DNA of 42,221 nucleotides, taken from positions 1-42,221 of the forward strand of contig JAQBYT010000036.1 of the NCBI GenBank assembly GCA_027622665.1, given 5' to 3'. The notes beneath the pieces are model-generated. The model was not told where the DNA came from and did no database searches. It was given only the letters and a program-made list of their open reading frames with translations. The translations under genes and the position numbers were made by a program. The stretch comes from Verrucomicrobiota bacterium (lineage in GTDB: Bacteria; Verrucomicrobiota; Verrucomicrobiia; Opitutales; Seribacteraceae). Positions 12,001 to 18,928 of this stretch are shown here, one piece after another. Numbering within the stretch: the stretch's first letter is position 1; each line of letters begins with the position of its first letter.

Positions 12001-13183
12001 CGCGACGCCGGTGTCTCGGACCATTGCAGTCAAGAAGGGACTTAACCTCGTCTTCGATGCCATCGGGACAATGGGCAAGAATCAAGTGATACCTCTTCGG
12101 GCCAAGGTATTCAACAAGCGCACCAATAAAGTTATGCCAGTTCCGATTACCTTCACCGTTGTGTCCGGTCCTTCCGGTACGGTCATCACCGGTGGCGACA
12201 AGATAACATGTGGAAACGCGGAGGGTGCGGTCGTAGTGAAAGCTACAACCACTGATCCCTCCGGTGCCTTCTCCGAATTCGCGATGACCTCGAAAAGCCT
12301 CTCTTTCGCGATCAACGACATGCAAGGTCAGATGATCGTGTTCAAGCAAGGTGAAAGCGGAGGGTTACGCGACCTACCCTTCTCGCGCAAACCTATCCAC
12401 ATCGGAATGATGGTAACCTCGATGGCATCGGCTACGACACCTACCAATATAGCGGTGTCTCTATCGATCGTCGGAGGAGCGAGCAATTTTGTAGAAGTTG
12501 TTGGATCAGGAGTAAACCAACGTCTTATGTTCAAAAAAGGAGCTACGCCGACAAAAGTTGGCGGAAAGATGCAGCCTATTGCTATACAGCTCAAAGCCAC
12601 CGCGGCAGGTAATGCGAACTTCAATGCAGCGGCTCCCGTAATTAAAGATCTAAATATTCTTCCTCCAGGTAAAGATGCGTTCTTTAACGATCGCATGATG
12701 GATGAGCGATATTCATCCGTACGAAACGATTTCGCCCGAAAACTCCTAGCCCGCAAGGATTTGGGCAAAATCAGTGACTTGGACGGTGACGGAGATACTG
12801 ATCTTGATGACGCAAAGGCAATGTTCGACTCCGATGAGGCCGATTCGGACGGTGACGGTAAGAGTAACTTGCTTGAGCGTGCCTTCGGGTCAGACTCTCT
12901 CGGGCCGGACACCAAACGAAATATGCCCCGCCGTATGCCTTCGAAGGCTGGCAAGCAGCGCATTAGTTTTGTGCAGTACCAAAGTGATTTCAATGAGGAA
13001 GGAATCGAATATATCGTAGAAAGAAGCACGGACCTTCGTACTTGGACAACCTCAGGAGTGTCGGTAATGGCATCGGAAACGAATGATATCGGCGGCGGTA
13101 TGGAGCGTGTCGTTTGGCAAAGCGATGCCAAGGTCGTCGATGGTTCGCGCCAGTACCTTCGCTTGAGAATCAGAACCAAGTAA
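2..13183 (+). CDS. Giant secreted/surface adhesin-like protein, 5'-truncated by the window edge. Contains Gly-rich repeats, 4 LamG-like domains, 4 'GYLAHKW' jelly-roll modules, 2 He_PIG-like Ig domains, 3 FnIII-like domains, 1 MBG domain, ~10-12 'QTITF' Ig-like repeats, acidic Ca-binding motifs and a PVC-type C-terminal domain
   Basis: Frame is open from base 2 (GGTTIV...) to TAA at 13183. LamG motifs (WFRFEE..., WVHVAHIY, G.LDD.RIY), He_PIG (GLPAGL...TGKIAG), FnIII-like (YYYRAKAANSAG), MBG (ITADDKSR...NPAFTY), repeated Q.ITF...SS.LP.T..SSN...A.Q.G, and C-terminal DSDGDG.SNLLE.AFG and YIVERSTDL..W. Confidence 0.9.
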   Translation, partial: GGTTIVNAGGGFSNTPWELEPRGAGGSYAGQGTGPVANDRNVVVGSTYGDRKLEAIFGGAGGSGASGWWDGGQQRERGAGAGGGGGGAIELSADGNGSVTIGTNVKILAYGGGIPLLGHASNAINGWNGGNGGGGAGGAIRIEGNNITNNGFLSVKGGKRGHDFYGGAGGGGRIALIARKALVPGQYDISGGANADESVTVAGDGTLYVEATEGGMAVLEAVSGSVVIDTSAGTLLYSGPAGSGLAFGTVEDKIISSGGSDYSYAVCTFTFDRINLAGSVIVQVKGMNSLTLATRNHGNITVAADLTLTGSTDSSAIAGGWKGGGAGGAGEGPGGGQLTTGAGASYGGPGTGDASPVTYGDFDLNATVGGSGGSNSGAGGGGSISFKAHGTGDVTFASTSNIVANGGNGDAIANGSGSGGSIRVEGDTISNAGQLQAKGGAGSGKAGGGGRIAIHTTKEVVFGDVDAGNGSVAVIGDMGIKTLEYTTGKLVFDTGGASWFHYAGKHGQGQIMGGYNFNGKDINAAVFEFEKIDIGADVEVVVTGPNALVLKETNGSGIVIKAHIRHDLADSGLSIESDGIVTLGRDDGTTATFSTNGAGGTLQIRGHGIINKGAFEAKGTGGRVILAYAAAFVGDAGTIDAGQTIHLTLPSIFGTLDVNATYLIRTPIPNEEHMTAWFRFEEGSGTKTYSDVGGYEGVFQGLNGNLPEFVDGKFGKSIKFTRQEWVYTDAKPADMNVDGKKPRTVSFWFYTYNGQGSEAGLYGYGDQTCDYGENNNWSLRNLGRDNYKRLISQHWCWDPETERWNGNDDQYKDKWVHVAHIYTGSNADSRVQLYFNGVMRNNWVRTQINTTQDNSNQCKLQLGRWTTWDNELRTMNGMLDDFRIYAKALDASEIGAIYNNGDGDGAVPPNNVFSIQATQNANRFTAAGLPAGLLLDDRTGKIAGATTAVGDHNVTIKAGNFLGFSDPQILTVKVLPIAPTFSTDAADFTSSDVLGNSAALNFKITEVGGEDANVTVYYDSSDKGTVAGDWGSSENMSTFQGVGDLSASLTGLSLGTAYHLRVQAKNSAGEGWTPNSITFTTSATPLPPVVTVYDANATTFTTTGATLIGRLRSHDATDAPTVTLYYGLVDKGLTDAGWDGNVVVGAVQAGADYAKPVTGLAGGKQYYYRAKAANSAGTSYSSLKATFVTVGTPAVETAVASNVTPTEATINAKIVGTGGVTLQLEGKWQAKTLAGMGIWFDASAIEGVADGGAISSWLDISGNGRHMNNVYDDPVLRTSESTLNNKPVVDFKDENDRMWTSYNFRDGAEVGKWRAEGYTAIGISRYSGNVNSGQSERVIASNGGNWLFGHDGQITNRFHFDGWIDDGDNVRDTNWRLYIAKHQGKDTAGDPACIIYDTGEERADNQPATGSNNDWFMPQQLEFGAMNNNGSNSVCQIAEYMMYYGELADGDRQLLEGYLTAKYGLTLPDGHPYKGAGNPLDSEVEIGGENATVKLYWGDDNGTANGNVWDNTVTVSGTHPRGTVGTDITGLTNGATYYFRAFASNGAGDVWASDTNSFKATNTLLNKDTVPGLVFWVAADDVDGNGVADSLADGALVHEWKDKSDSGLLAKQLSSSSARPSYQTQEFGKRASIRFDGVNDNLFLDAAVRDSLGGVSTFVVSKRIEKQDGGAATRILGTSEFDVLSGVEEAFEARIDTYSAAENKIINVKIGREDATASEYFSGDVAEVLIFNRALTTLETLMVQGYLAHKWSATDSLLASHPYKGVAPSFDNSPILSMVQGVDGFDAPSRDGLLGEWLFDDGNLNDTSGNDYHGATNGAAYVTETNSGTGKAINLNGNKYVNVDDGQGQTVFGGGTKFSISAWVKEEPDGDWEPWISKRGEGGRGWQLRKRVANEITFTTHGPGGGDGNFRKTATGPVVNDNEWHHLVAVHGHDGGKQRIYLDGALFHEQTHSGYINATGSQLVFGARDNSDNAGNAINIGNHSNTYLDDIRYYNRALTENEVAVMGGALLNKIEGNFANAFDYQVQAVRGPDTFSVTAGALPDGLTMDAAGKITGNPSKTGDFNATIKVLNSSGFNEKVYFFRIHRGTQSITFTPDFGNKTYGDANMTLSSTSSAVGRSPVFRSSNSTIASISGNPVLVPTVDSGLIAHFRFETGSGTTAKNDFGLDGTLNNMVAADWVDAKFGKGLDFDGSNDYVEVDKSVGELKNITVSFWVKPTQMAWDQIISKVASGGSGKGWAFRVSSAGELRMRAGSSGSTSEVTSPVAKYAQGVWTHMVGTFDSNTRYAKVYANGTQVASETLSSGRTSLEGDTVLRFGVPLNQNTNDKYTGILDDVRIYDNVLDPADVASIYGDGDGDWVTYYDGNKLAFNKAGQVNIIAFGAADADVASGAAVSRPLIIAKPEITITADDKSRKVNEANPAFTYVATGFVSGETASVITTAPTLTPKDGSGATIADNSNVAGSYTIVPSAAVAENYVFKYVNGDFIIDARTAQTITWSQDLSSVSFGDTVALTATSSSNLPVTYEIETETIASLVVTRDYHLDAWWRLDETTGTTGSDNSGNSHPLLLVGGPTWKVGKFRNGLYFDGINDYAQAFSYKGVTGTAKRTYSFWLQTNTANRGILSSGASSGAGCFALTLDGSGKLKVDYGNGSLLSTIAVTDDVGHQVVVTLLKEGKVNETKIWIDGADKTGTATNGTNAVTTNATQDVILGKVGVSYFKGTLDDVRVYVGDLKEETDNMEITAIYSGGFGDFNKIRIIGTGTTKITADQPGDLAYAPALDIEKTITVSKQNQSITFTPMPNKSVGDFDFDAGATASSTLPISYASSDTNIAQIIGPDNDGDFSPDPGTQKIRIRAAGTVTITASQAGDSIYNAATNLQQTLTINFYNLFPDSITGMEFWFDGNNVNADTSVDVIVDNSAFFTWNDMSGNTRNAVQGDAAKMGIYKLNSLNSKGTIQFDAADTLDLPSTSGIKMVFAVIKQDSGQSAVTKPFGGDLEATTSGGKVGLKRTGAATGMIDSGISSQAFNVVVWQADAGSYALYVNGGDQGQGTEAQAISALDKIANDMKGSIAEVVGYDRVLPSLARLKIEAYLAHKWGLQGLLPADHKYKSDLPTFGGAQEVVFQPLGDKTPESAPFQLLAESSSGLPLTFESNNTSLATVSGNTVTVIAKGLVGIKSIQAGDGNWWPADTTQTLNITDAPRKDQHIVFAAIPDKTVLTANFDLNATSLRSDNNETTGLTVAFISTNTAVATVAGKTITIKGQGTTTLRASQAGDNQFNPASFAEQELKVTKVGQTITFAAIPSKKLSDGTFSLTASSDSGLPITFNSSNSTMASVAGNVVTLNAGGTVSIAATQAGDVTYDAASAVSQTLTIQDDSLQEQTITWTQDLSGKRFGDADITLNATATSTGPVTYASSDTAVATIVGGNKLRITGAGSATINASQVGGSIGGDEWQAASLSKSMTIAKSTQNIVSANNGSNLLNLVMSAGDFDFDPGAKSIDAVSSVATGLPVTYASSNTSVALIIGGGSKVRIAGPGSVTITASSASTSGYDAATDKTFTITVNEYNMYADSVAGLLSWLDGTDVNADGQSETSSDFTQVGGVAKVSLWGDRSGKGNNLTQSNTANMPIYLPSLGNAVLKPFVAFGPTLTSTSSTHLLGSLPATITGSPSITVLVAAMSGNDSASKLVHFGATAGTAGQVMGLAQDSSFNYNNGKLAFGGNFMDAKTVGAFRRSSPTTHADGDFFRNGAAVSGTVTNGSNTLNIPSTGNREILVGSGRGTNGALNDFFDGAILEVIIFDVALDDWNIRRLEGYLAHKWGMPGSLPSNHAFRNQPPTFGGTQTITLAFEDLSVDSESGLSQISDLADAFYPKGSHASSGLPLTLTSSNSAIAAIVNGRINPVSVGTVTITATQAGDSHFSAATTVTKQLKVITKPPQTITFTDPGELGQGLSANLVATSDSNLTVTLAITAGADKATLNGTTLTGTALGNVTIQATQAGNNDYLAATPVSRTIAVKKGLNLVFDAIGTMGKNQVIPLRAKVFNKRTNKVMPVPITFTVVSGPSGTVITGGDKITCGNAEGAVVVKATTTDPSGAFSEFAMTSKSLSFAINDMQGQMIVFKQGESGGLRDLPFSRKPIHIGMMVTSMASATTPTNIAVSLSIVGGASNFVEVVGSGVNQRLMFKKGATPTKVGGKMQPIAIQLKATAAGNANFNAAAPVIKDLNILPPGKDAFFNDRMMDERYSSVRNDFARKLLARKDLGKISDLDGDGDTDLDDAKAMFDSDEADSDGDGKSNLLERAFGSDSLGPDTKRNMPRRMPSKAGKQRISFVQYQSDFNEEGIEYIVERSTDLRTWTTSGVSVMASETNDIGGGMERVVWQSDAKVVDGSRQYLRLRIRTK

Positions 13184-13324
13184 AGCGTTTCTCGATTAAT
13201 ACTGAAGCCTTGACGGACAGGGTAGCCGAATGTGAGTCATCGATGCTTTGTCTTTGAGGATTTCTCACTTTTAGTTCGCTTAAGTTGAAGCGTATTGCTA
13301 TGCGTTATTGAAAATAAAGTAACT

Positions 13325-14464
13325 ATGTTTCTGAACATTCCTTTTCAACGTGTGGTGTGGGTGACGAGTTCTTTTCTTACACTCACTGCTTTTCTCACTA
13401 TTACAGCAGTACCTGCCTACCTATGGTATTTTGGCTGGGACTGGTTCTTGTTCGGGCTTTTCTTGTTCTATTATCCGGCTACGGCAATGAGCATAACGGT
13501 GGGCTATCATCGCTTGTTCTCTCATAAGGCTTTCAAGGCGAAATGGCCTGTGAAATTGATCACCTTGCTGTTCGGTGCCGCCACCTTCGAGAACTCGGCT
13601 CTTTGGTGGAGTGCATCACACCGGATTCACCACAAGCATGTGGACGAAGATGACGATCCCTACGATATCAGCAAGGGCTTTTTCTGGGCTCACATCGGCT
13701 GGCTGATGTTCAAGTTGAAGCCTGAAGGACCGATGAACAATGTGCAAGACCTTCGTAAAGATCGGTTGGTCATGTGGCAACATCGTTGGATTAACTTGAT
13801 TGCCTTCATGGTCGGTTTCATCGTTCCCACTCTTTTAGGATATGTATATGCCCGTTACACGGGAGCAATGGATCCTTGGGTGGGGGCACTAGGAGGTTTT
13901 CTTATTCCGGGGGTGGCACGCACCACGATGGTGCAGCATGGCACCTTTTGCATCAATTCACTTTGCCATATGATCGGCACCCGCCCCTACTCTACTGAAT
14001 GTAGTGCCCGCGACAGTTGGATTGCCGCCATTTTCACGATGGGCGAGGGTTACCACAATTACCATCATGAGTTTCAATGGGATTACCGAAACGGAGTGAA
14101 ACCTTGGCAGTTGGACCCGTCCAAATGGATAATCTGGTTTTGCTCCAAGATAGGGATGGCAAGTGATCTCAAACGAGTACCGAAGGAAAGAATTCTATTG
14201 GCTGAAACTCGCGAGACCCGCCGACGTCTGGAAGCTAGTATCTTATCCATGAAGGAATCGGGCACCGAAAACGACCCACTTTTCCTAAAGGCGATGGAAT
14301 TACTTAACGAGTTGGCTGCTCGTTTATTGGAGATTTGCGACGAACTGCAAAAAGCGACTCATGAAAAGTTGGCCCTTTCAAAAACTAAATTGAAAGAGCT
14401 TAAAATTGAAGTGCGAACCATGCTTGCTCAAATCGAAAAGAGCACCAGAGTCGCCTTCGTCTGA
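13325..14464 (+). CDS. Delta-9-type acyl-CoA/acyl-lipid fatty acid desaturase with C-terminal helical extension
   Basis: His boxes GYHRLFSH, HRIHH and GEGYHNYHH, plus DYRNG..W...DPSKW and TM segments. Start taken at ATG 13325. Confidence 0.93.
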   Translation: MFLNIPFQRVVWVTSSFLTLTAFLTITAVPAYLWYFGWDWFLFGLFLFYYPATAMSITVGYHRLFSHKAFKAKWPVKLITLLFGAATFENSALWWSASHRIHHKHVDEDDDPYDISKGFFWAHIGWLMFKLKPEGPMNNVQDLRKDRLVMWQHRWINLIAFMVGFIVPTLLGYVYARYTGAMDPWVGALGGFLIPGVARTTMVQHGTFCINSLCHMIGTRPYSTECSARDSWIAAIFTMGEGYHNYHHEFQWDYRNGVKPWQLDPSKWIIWFCSKIGMASDLKRVPKERILLAETRETRRRLEASILSMKESGTENDPLFLKAMELLNELAARLLEICDELQKATHEKLALSKTKLKELKIEVRTMLAQIEKSTRVAFV

Positions 14465-14477
14465 GATAGGTAACAAG

Positions 14478-14936
14478 ATGAGCCGAGAATTTTCGGCCAA
14501 GATGCTAGTCGTTCTCCTTCGAATATTCGGAGGCTCCATGATGTTCGCTCTTATTGCCGTGATCATGCCCGATGCATGGCTTCAGTTCGCGGTGGCTGAA
14601 GTAGAACCGAATACCCCGGTCGCCGTTCTCGTGGAATACCTTGCTCGAGGTTGGTCTGCTTTCTACTTTATGCTGGGCGGCTTGATCTGGCTCTTTTCGA
14701 CTGATTTGCCCCGTTATGCCATAGCCGGGAAATGGGTTGGGTTTTGCTACGTCGTTATTTCCGGGGGAGCCATGGCAATCACCGGATGGTATGCGGTCAG
14801 CGAATCCGAATGGGAGAAACCATGGTTTTTCTGGGTCGTGTTGTTCAATCTGTCCTGCGGTTTCACCTTGGGGTTCATGATCTTTTTACTTTATCGCAAG
14901 CTTCTTCCCGATTGGCGGGCACAGCATTCGAAGTAA
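14478..14936 (+). CDS. Hypothetical integral membrane protein (~4 TM)
   Basis: ATG 13 nt after the desaturase stop; four hydrophobic segments. Confidence 0.75.
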   Translation: MSREFSAKMLVVLLRIFGGSMMFALIAVIMPDAWLQFAVAEVEPNTPVAVLVEYLARGWSAFYFMLGGLIWLFSTDLPRYAIAGKWVGFCYVVISGGAMAITGWYAVSESEWEKPWFFWVVLFNLSCGFTLGFMIFLLYRKLLPDWRAQHSK

Positions 14937-14965
14937 TCGCTAACAAGACCGCAAAGAGGTGAGGG

Positions 14966-15628
14966 TCATGGCTTCCTGTACATTCTGATCCGATCTTGGA
15001 CTGTAGGGTTTTCCACGCGACGAAACCACTTTTCAGTTACTTGTAGTCCTCGGGGATCAATGTCGCTATGTGAGCTGATAAAGACTCCATCCGGGTGCAA
15101 AGTCCTGATGATTTCGGCCTCCACTTTTCTTTTGTATCTTTCGTCAGGAAGAATGCAGTTCTCTATTCCACAGGCTACGATGCTAATCAAGTCGTCCCCT
15201 TCGCGTTGCAGGTGTTCGAGCATATCATGGGGGAGAACCTTAAAGGGAATTCTAGGTAGCAATTCATTCTGAGCACGAGTCATTTCCCCGATCGATTTGG
15301 ATAGTACATCGGCATAAAAAGGATCGACTGCCAAGTAGTTCCTTGCGCTTGAAGATGCCGCGAGGGCATAACCGTAAGCCCTCATGCCTGCCCCTAATTC
15401 TACAACTCGTTGTCCCTCAAGTGCCGATTTAATTTCATCAGCCAATCCACTCATTACAGCTTCAAACAAAGCTTTGGTGAAGTTTCCTCCCGGAGCGGCA
15501 AATCCCAAGCCTAGTTCACGAGATGCATCCAGACGAATCTTCCAATCACGATGCTTGCCGAAGTTATGTTTGAATTCCTCGGGTAGGTAGTCGGGTCCGA
15601 AAAAATCTGAGATTTCCTCCTTTGCCAC
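14966..15628 (-). CDS. Hypothetical protein, class I SAM-methyltransferase-like fold
   Basis: VVELGAG motif I, YLAVDP acidic motif II, and R.LHPDGVF; lies 3 nt downstream of ispA. Confidence 0.6.
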   Translation of the reverse strand: MAKEEISDFFGPDYLPEEFKHNFGKHRDWKIRLDASRELGLGFAAPGGNFTKALFEAVMSGLADEIKSALEGQRVVELGAGMRAYGYALAASSSARNYLAVDPFYADVLSKSIGEMTRAQNELLPRIPFKVLPHDMLEHLQREGDDLISIVACGIENCILPDERYKRKVEAEIIRTLHPDGVFISSHSDIDPRGLQVTEKWFRRVENPTVQDRIRMYRKP

Positions 15629-15631
15629 TCT

Positions 15632-16516
15632 CTATTTTTTTCGGTTTAATAGATAGACGATCAATTCGAGTAAAAATTCATTGTCGCCTCCGATTTCACG
15701 GGCAAATGAAAGAGCCTCTTCCGTATGCTGCTTCGCCTGATCTCTAGTCTCCTCTATACCACGAAAAGCGACTGACGTGGCCTTTCCTTGGGCTGCATCG
15801 GATTCAGCGTCTTTACCAAGCTCTTCCGTTGTCCGAGTGGCATCAAGCAGATCATCCATAGCCTGAAATGCCAATCCAAGCGACATCCCCAATCGACGAC
15901 CGAGAATTAGGACTTCCTCATCTCCTCCCTTATCCCCGAGACACAACCCCATCTCCATGCAGGCCATAAGAAGAGCTCCGGTTTTGTTTACATGAATATA
16001 CTTAAGGGTATCGGCATTAGGGGTGGAACCCTCAGCTAATAAATCTTCCATCTGACCACCGACAAGCCTTTCACTGCCGGCTGCGTTGGCTAATATTTTA
16101 ACAAGGTGGGCAACAAGATCAGGGCGATCCGCATAATCCACCGAGAGGATCTCGAAAGCCATTGCCTGCAGCGCATCACCGGCGAGTATCGCCGTCGCCT
16201 CGTCGAAGACCTTGTGACAAGTCGGTTGTCCCCGCCGCAGGTTTGAGTTGTCCATGGCGGGCAGGTCGTCATGGATCAAGCTGTAAGTGTGAATGCACTC
16301 GATGGCGATAGCCGCAGGCATCGGGTTGTTGCTCGAAGGGAAGAGTTGGTTGGCCGACAGAACGAGAATAGGACGTACTCGCTTGCCTCCTGCAGACACA
16401 CTGTGACGGATTGCCTCATGAAGACGACGGGGGCGAATTTCTATGGATGGAAGCCGGAAATCCAAGGCCCCATTAATCTTTTCTTGCAGATCGTTTAGTT
16501 GACGAGTGAAATTCAT
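15632..16516 (-). CDS. ispA: Polyprenyl (farnesyl/geranylgeranyl) diphosphate synthase
   Basis: GGKRVRP, SLIHDDLPAMD..LRRG.PTCH, AILAGDAL, GQMEDL, KTGAL, FQ.MDDLLD, GKAT. Confidence 0.93.
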   Translation of the reverse strand: MNFTRQLNDLQEKINGALDFRLPSIEIRPRRLHEAIRHSVSAGGKRVRPILVLSANQLFPSSNNPMPAAIAIECIHTYSLIHDDLPAMDNSNLRRGQPTCHKVFDEATAILAGDALQAMAFEILSVDYADRPDLVAHLVKILANAAGSERLVGGQMEDLLAEGSTPNADTLKYIHVNKTGALLMACMEMGLCLGDKGGDEEVLILGRRLGMSLGLAFQAMDDLLDATRTTEELGKDAESDAAQGKATSVAFRGIEETRDQAKQHTEEALSFAREIGGDNEFLLELIVYLLNRKK

Positions 16517-16557
16517 GACTTGCGGAAAATTTGCAATAATGGCATTTTAAAGAGATT

Positions 16558-17160
16558 ATGCCAAGTTTTGAAGCCCTATGTGGCCGGCTTTTCTGTCAAG
16601 CCGGCTGGATGCCCAAGGTTTTGTGGGGAGGAGCCTTGACCTTCGTTCCGGTGGTAAACTTGCTGCCCTTGGGCTATCTCATGGAATATACTGTGCGATT
16701 GAGTCGTACGGGAGATGGGGAACTCCCCGGTTGGCAAGACTTTTCCCTTTTGGAACTTTTCGCAAGTGGGTGCAAACTCGCTCTGCTGCTTTTGGGATAC
16801 TTGATACTGCCCGCATTTTTAGGATGGGGTGTCAGCGAGTTCTTGGATTTACTTACTTTTGGCTTTCTAGGTGTGGCTGCTTATTTGCCTGTGGGTATAG
16901 GCGCATTCGCGGGCATGTTCTTTTTCCTGTCCGGAGTCAGGAGTTATGCTCGAGACGGTCTATATGCCGACGCCTGGAGAATAAGGGAGGTCGCGACCTT
17001 GGCCGGGAGCGCATATCGAGCACTCATATTTCCTATTCTCGCGTTTTGGGGATTGTGCCTACTGGCCTTTCCCTTGTATGGATTTGCCTTTTTTATTGGA
17101 GCATTGAGCTTGCTTGCCTATTCGATTGCTCTCTTTCGAGAAATCGAAAAAGAGTCCTAA
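16558..17160 (+). CDS. DUF4013-like membrane protein
   Basis: K.L.GG.L.FVP......LGY.........G...LP.W.D pattern followed by several TM helices. Confidence 0.65.
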   Translation: MPSFEALCGRLFCQAGWMPKVLWGGALTFVPVVNLLPLGYLMEYTVRLSRTGDGELPGWQDFSLLELFASGCKLALLLLGYLILPAFLGWGVSEFLDLLTFGFLGVAAYLPVGIGAFAGMFFFLSGVRSYARDGLYADAWRIREVATLAGSAYRALIFPILAFWGLCLLAFPLYGFAFFIGALSLLAYSIALFREIEKES

Positions 17161-17225
17161 TCTCTTGCGGGAAAATTGCCATCCAACCTTTAACCACTGA
17201 TTTATTAGCGCACATTTTAAATATC

Positions 17226-17558
17226 ATGCCTACTTACGACTATATTTGCGAAGCCTGCAGTCACGAATGGGAATTCTTTCAGCCCATGAAAGACTCTCCA
17301 ACCCAATCCTGCCCAAAATGCAAAAAACATAAGGCTCGACGAAGAATAGGGATCGGGGCAGGACTTATCTTCAAGGGAACCGGTTTTTATGAGACTGATT
17401 ACAAGAAGAAGGCCGAGCCAAAGAAGAAGGAATCGGATAAAGAAAGTTCGGGCAGCACCGACAGCTCCAAGGTTTCAGATAAGGGTAGTTCGAAATCCGA
17501 AAGTAAGGATTCCACTCCATCCAAGAAGAAGGAGACCACGGCAAAGAAAGCCGATTGA
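17226..17558 (+). CDS. FmdB-family zinc-ribbon protein with Lys/Ser-rich tail
   Basis: MPTYDYICEAC...CPKC...G.GLIFKGTGFYETDY; ATG at 17226. Confidence 0.92.
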   Translation: MPTYDYICEACSHEWEFFQPMKDSPTQSCPKCKKHKARRRIGIGAGLIFKGTGFYETDYKKKAEPKKKESDKESSGSTDSSKVSDKGSSKSESKDSTPSKKKETTAKKAD

Positions 17559-17602
17559 TTCAGGGCGTCGCCCCACCCTTCTTCGCCCGAATGAGTCGCG
17601 GC

Positions 17603-18778
17603 CTACACTTCCACTTCCGCGGAATAATCGATGTCTGCGCGGCCGAATCCGAATAGCTTCAGAAACTCTTTGCGATAGCCCTCGAAATCCGTCAATTCAG
17701 TCAGATTCTCGGTATTCAAGTGGGGCCACCGTTCGATGATTGTTTCCTGTACGTCGGGAGACATCTCTCGGTCATCCAGACGTATGCGGCCCAGGTCGTC
17801 GCGTTCAGGGTCTCCGTCTGCGTAGAGTCGGTCACTAAAAAGCCTGCAAATCTGTTCGATGCATCCCTCGTGCGTGCCTTTCTCCTTCATGATCTTGAAA
17901 AGAAGCGATACGTACAAGGGAACTACCGGAATGGCGGAGGAGGCCTGAGTTACGACCGCCTTGTTTACTGAAACATAAGCCTTGCCTCCGATTCTTTCCT
18001 CCATCAAGGACATCAGTCCGCCAGCGGTTTGCTCGAGATGTTCCTTTGCTCGTCCAATCGTGCCGTTTCGGTAAATGGGCCATGTGACTTGCGGTCCGAT
18101 GTAAGAATACGCGATGTTAATGGCTCCGGGAGCCAATAAATCGGCATCCAACAAGGCTTCCGTCCAGGCTTTCCAGTCCTCTCCGCCCATGACCTTTGTT
18201 GTCTGAAGCACGTCATCTTCAGAGGCCGGGTCTATGGAGATTTCCTTCACCTCTCCCTTGTCGGTATCAAGAGTCTGGTTCTTATACACGGCGCCGACAG
18301 GCTTTAGGCATGCCCTATAGTTTTGACCGTCCGACGGATCCGTTCTTCGTGGAGAGGCTAGACTGTAGACCACGAGATCGAATTGCCCTCCCAATGCCTT
18401 TGCTTTTTCGATAGTCTGGTCTTTGATTTCATCTGAAAACGCATCTCCATTAACGTCGATCGCTTTTAAGCCGGCCTTCTCGGCAGCTGCGCAAAAGGCA
18501 TGTGAATTGTAATGGCCGGCTGTCCCCGTCCGTCCGTTGGCAGCTTCTCTCTCGAAATAAACGCCGAGAGTATCGGCGGAACACGAAAACGCGGCTGCCA
18601 CCCTAGATGACAGACCGTACCCGGTGGATGCTCCGACGACAAGAACTCGCTTGGGTCCTGCCCCGGCAGGCAAAGAGTGCTCCTTGGCGTATGCAATTTG
18701 CTCAGCAATATTGGCAAAGCAACCAGTCGGATGGGCTGTGATGCAAACGAATCCTCGAATTTTAGGTTCAACGATCAT
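17603..18778 (-). CDS. fabV: Enoyl-ACP reductase / trans-2-enoyl-CoA reductase FabV
   Basis: MIVEPKIRGFVCITAHPTGC, GASTGYGL, VYSLASPRR, VMGGEDW, AYSYIG, Y..GTIG.AK, VTQASSAIP, HEGCIEQ. Confidence 0.95.
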   Translation of the reverse strand: MIVEPKIRGFVCITAHPTGCFANIAEQIAYAKEHSLPAGAGPKRVLVVGASTGYGLSSRVAAAFSCSADTLGVYFEREAANGRTGTAGHYNSHAFCAAAEKAGLKAIDVNGDAFSDEIKDQTIEKAKALGGQFDLVVYSLASPRRTDPSDGQNYRACLKPVGAVYKNQTLDTDKGEVKEISIDPASEDDVLQTTKVMGGEDWKAWTEALLDADLLAPGAINIAYSYIGPQVTWPIYRNGTIGRAKEHLEQTAGGLMSLMEERIGGKAYVSVNKAVVTQASSAIPVVPLYVSLLFKIMKEKGTHEGCIEQICRLFSDRLYADGDPERDDLGRIRLDDREMSPDVQETIIERWPHLNTENLTELTDFEGYRKEFLKLFGFGRADIDYSAEVEV

Positions 18779-18928
18779 AATAATTTTTTTCTGAAATATA
18801 GAAGGAGGTAAGAAAGATGGCTTTTTTGCCTTACCTTTGCCTACGGGCAAGCCTTATCGATCTTTCGAAGAAAGTTCAGTAATATTTTTTCTTTGGCATA
18901 GCGACTCAATTGAGTTAGGGAAGTTAAT

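Noticed and set aside
2..13183. Diversity-generating retroelement or intein explanation for the inserted modules
   Set aside because: No reverse transcriptase and no near-identical TR/VR pair were seen; the inserts lack Hint splice-junction motifs (C/S...HN-C/S/T)
16578..17225. Long N-terminal extension on the FmdB-family ORF (326 aa in the track)
   Set aside because: Overlaps the DUF4013-like gene in another frame; the family begins at MPTYDY (17226)
13325..18778. Dedicated lipid/terpenoid biosynthetic cluster (desaturase, methyltransferase-like, ispA, fabV)
   Set aside because: Mixed orientations and intervening unrelated genes; all are ordinary housekeeping-type enzymes
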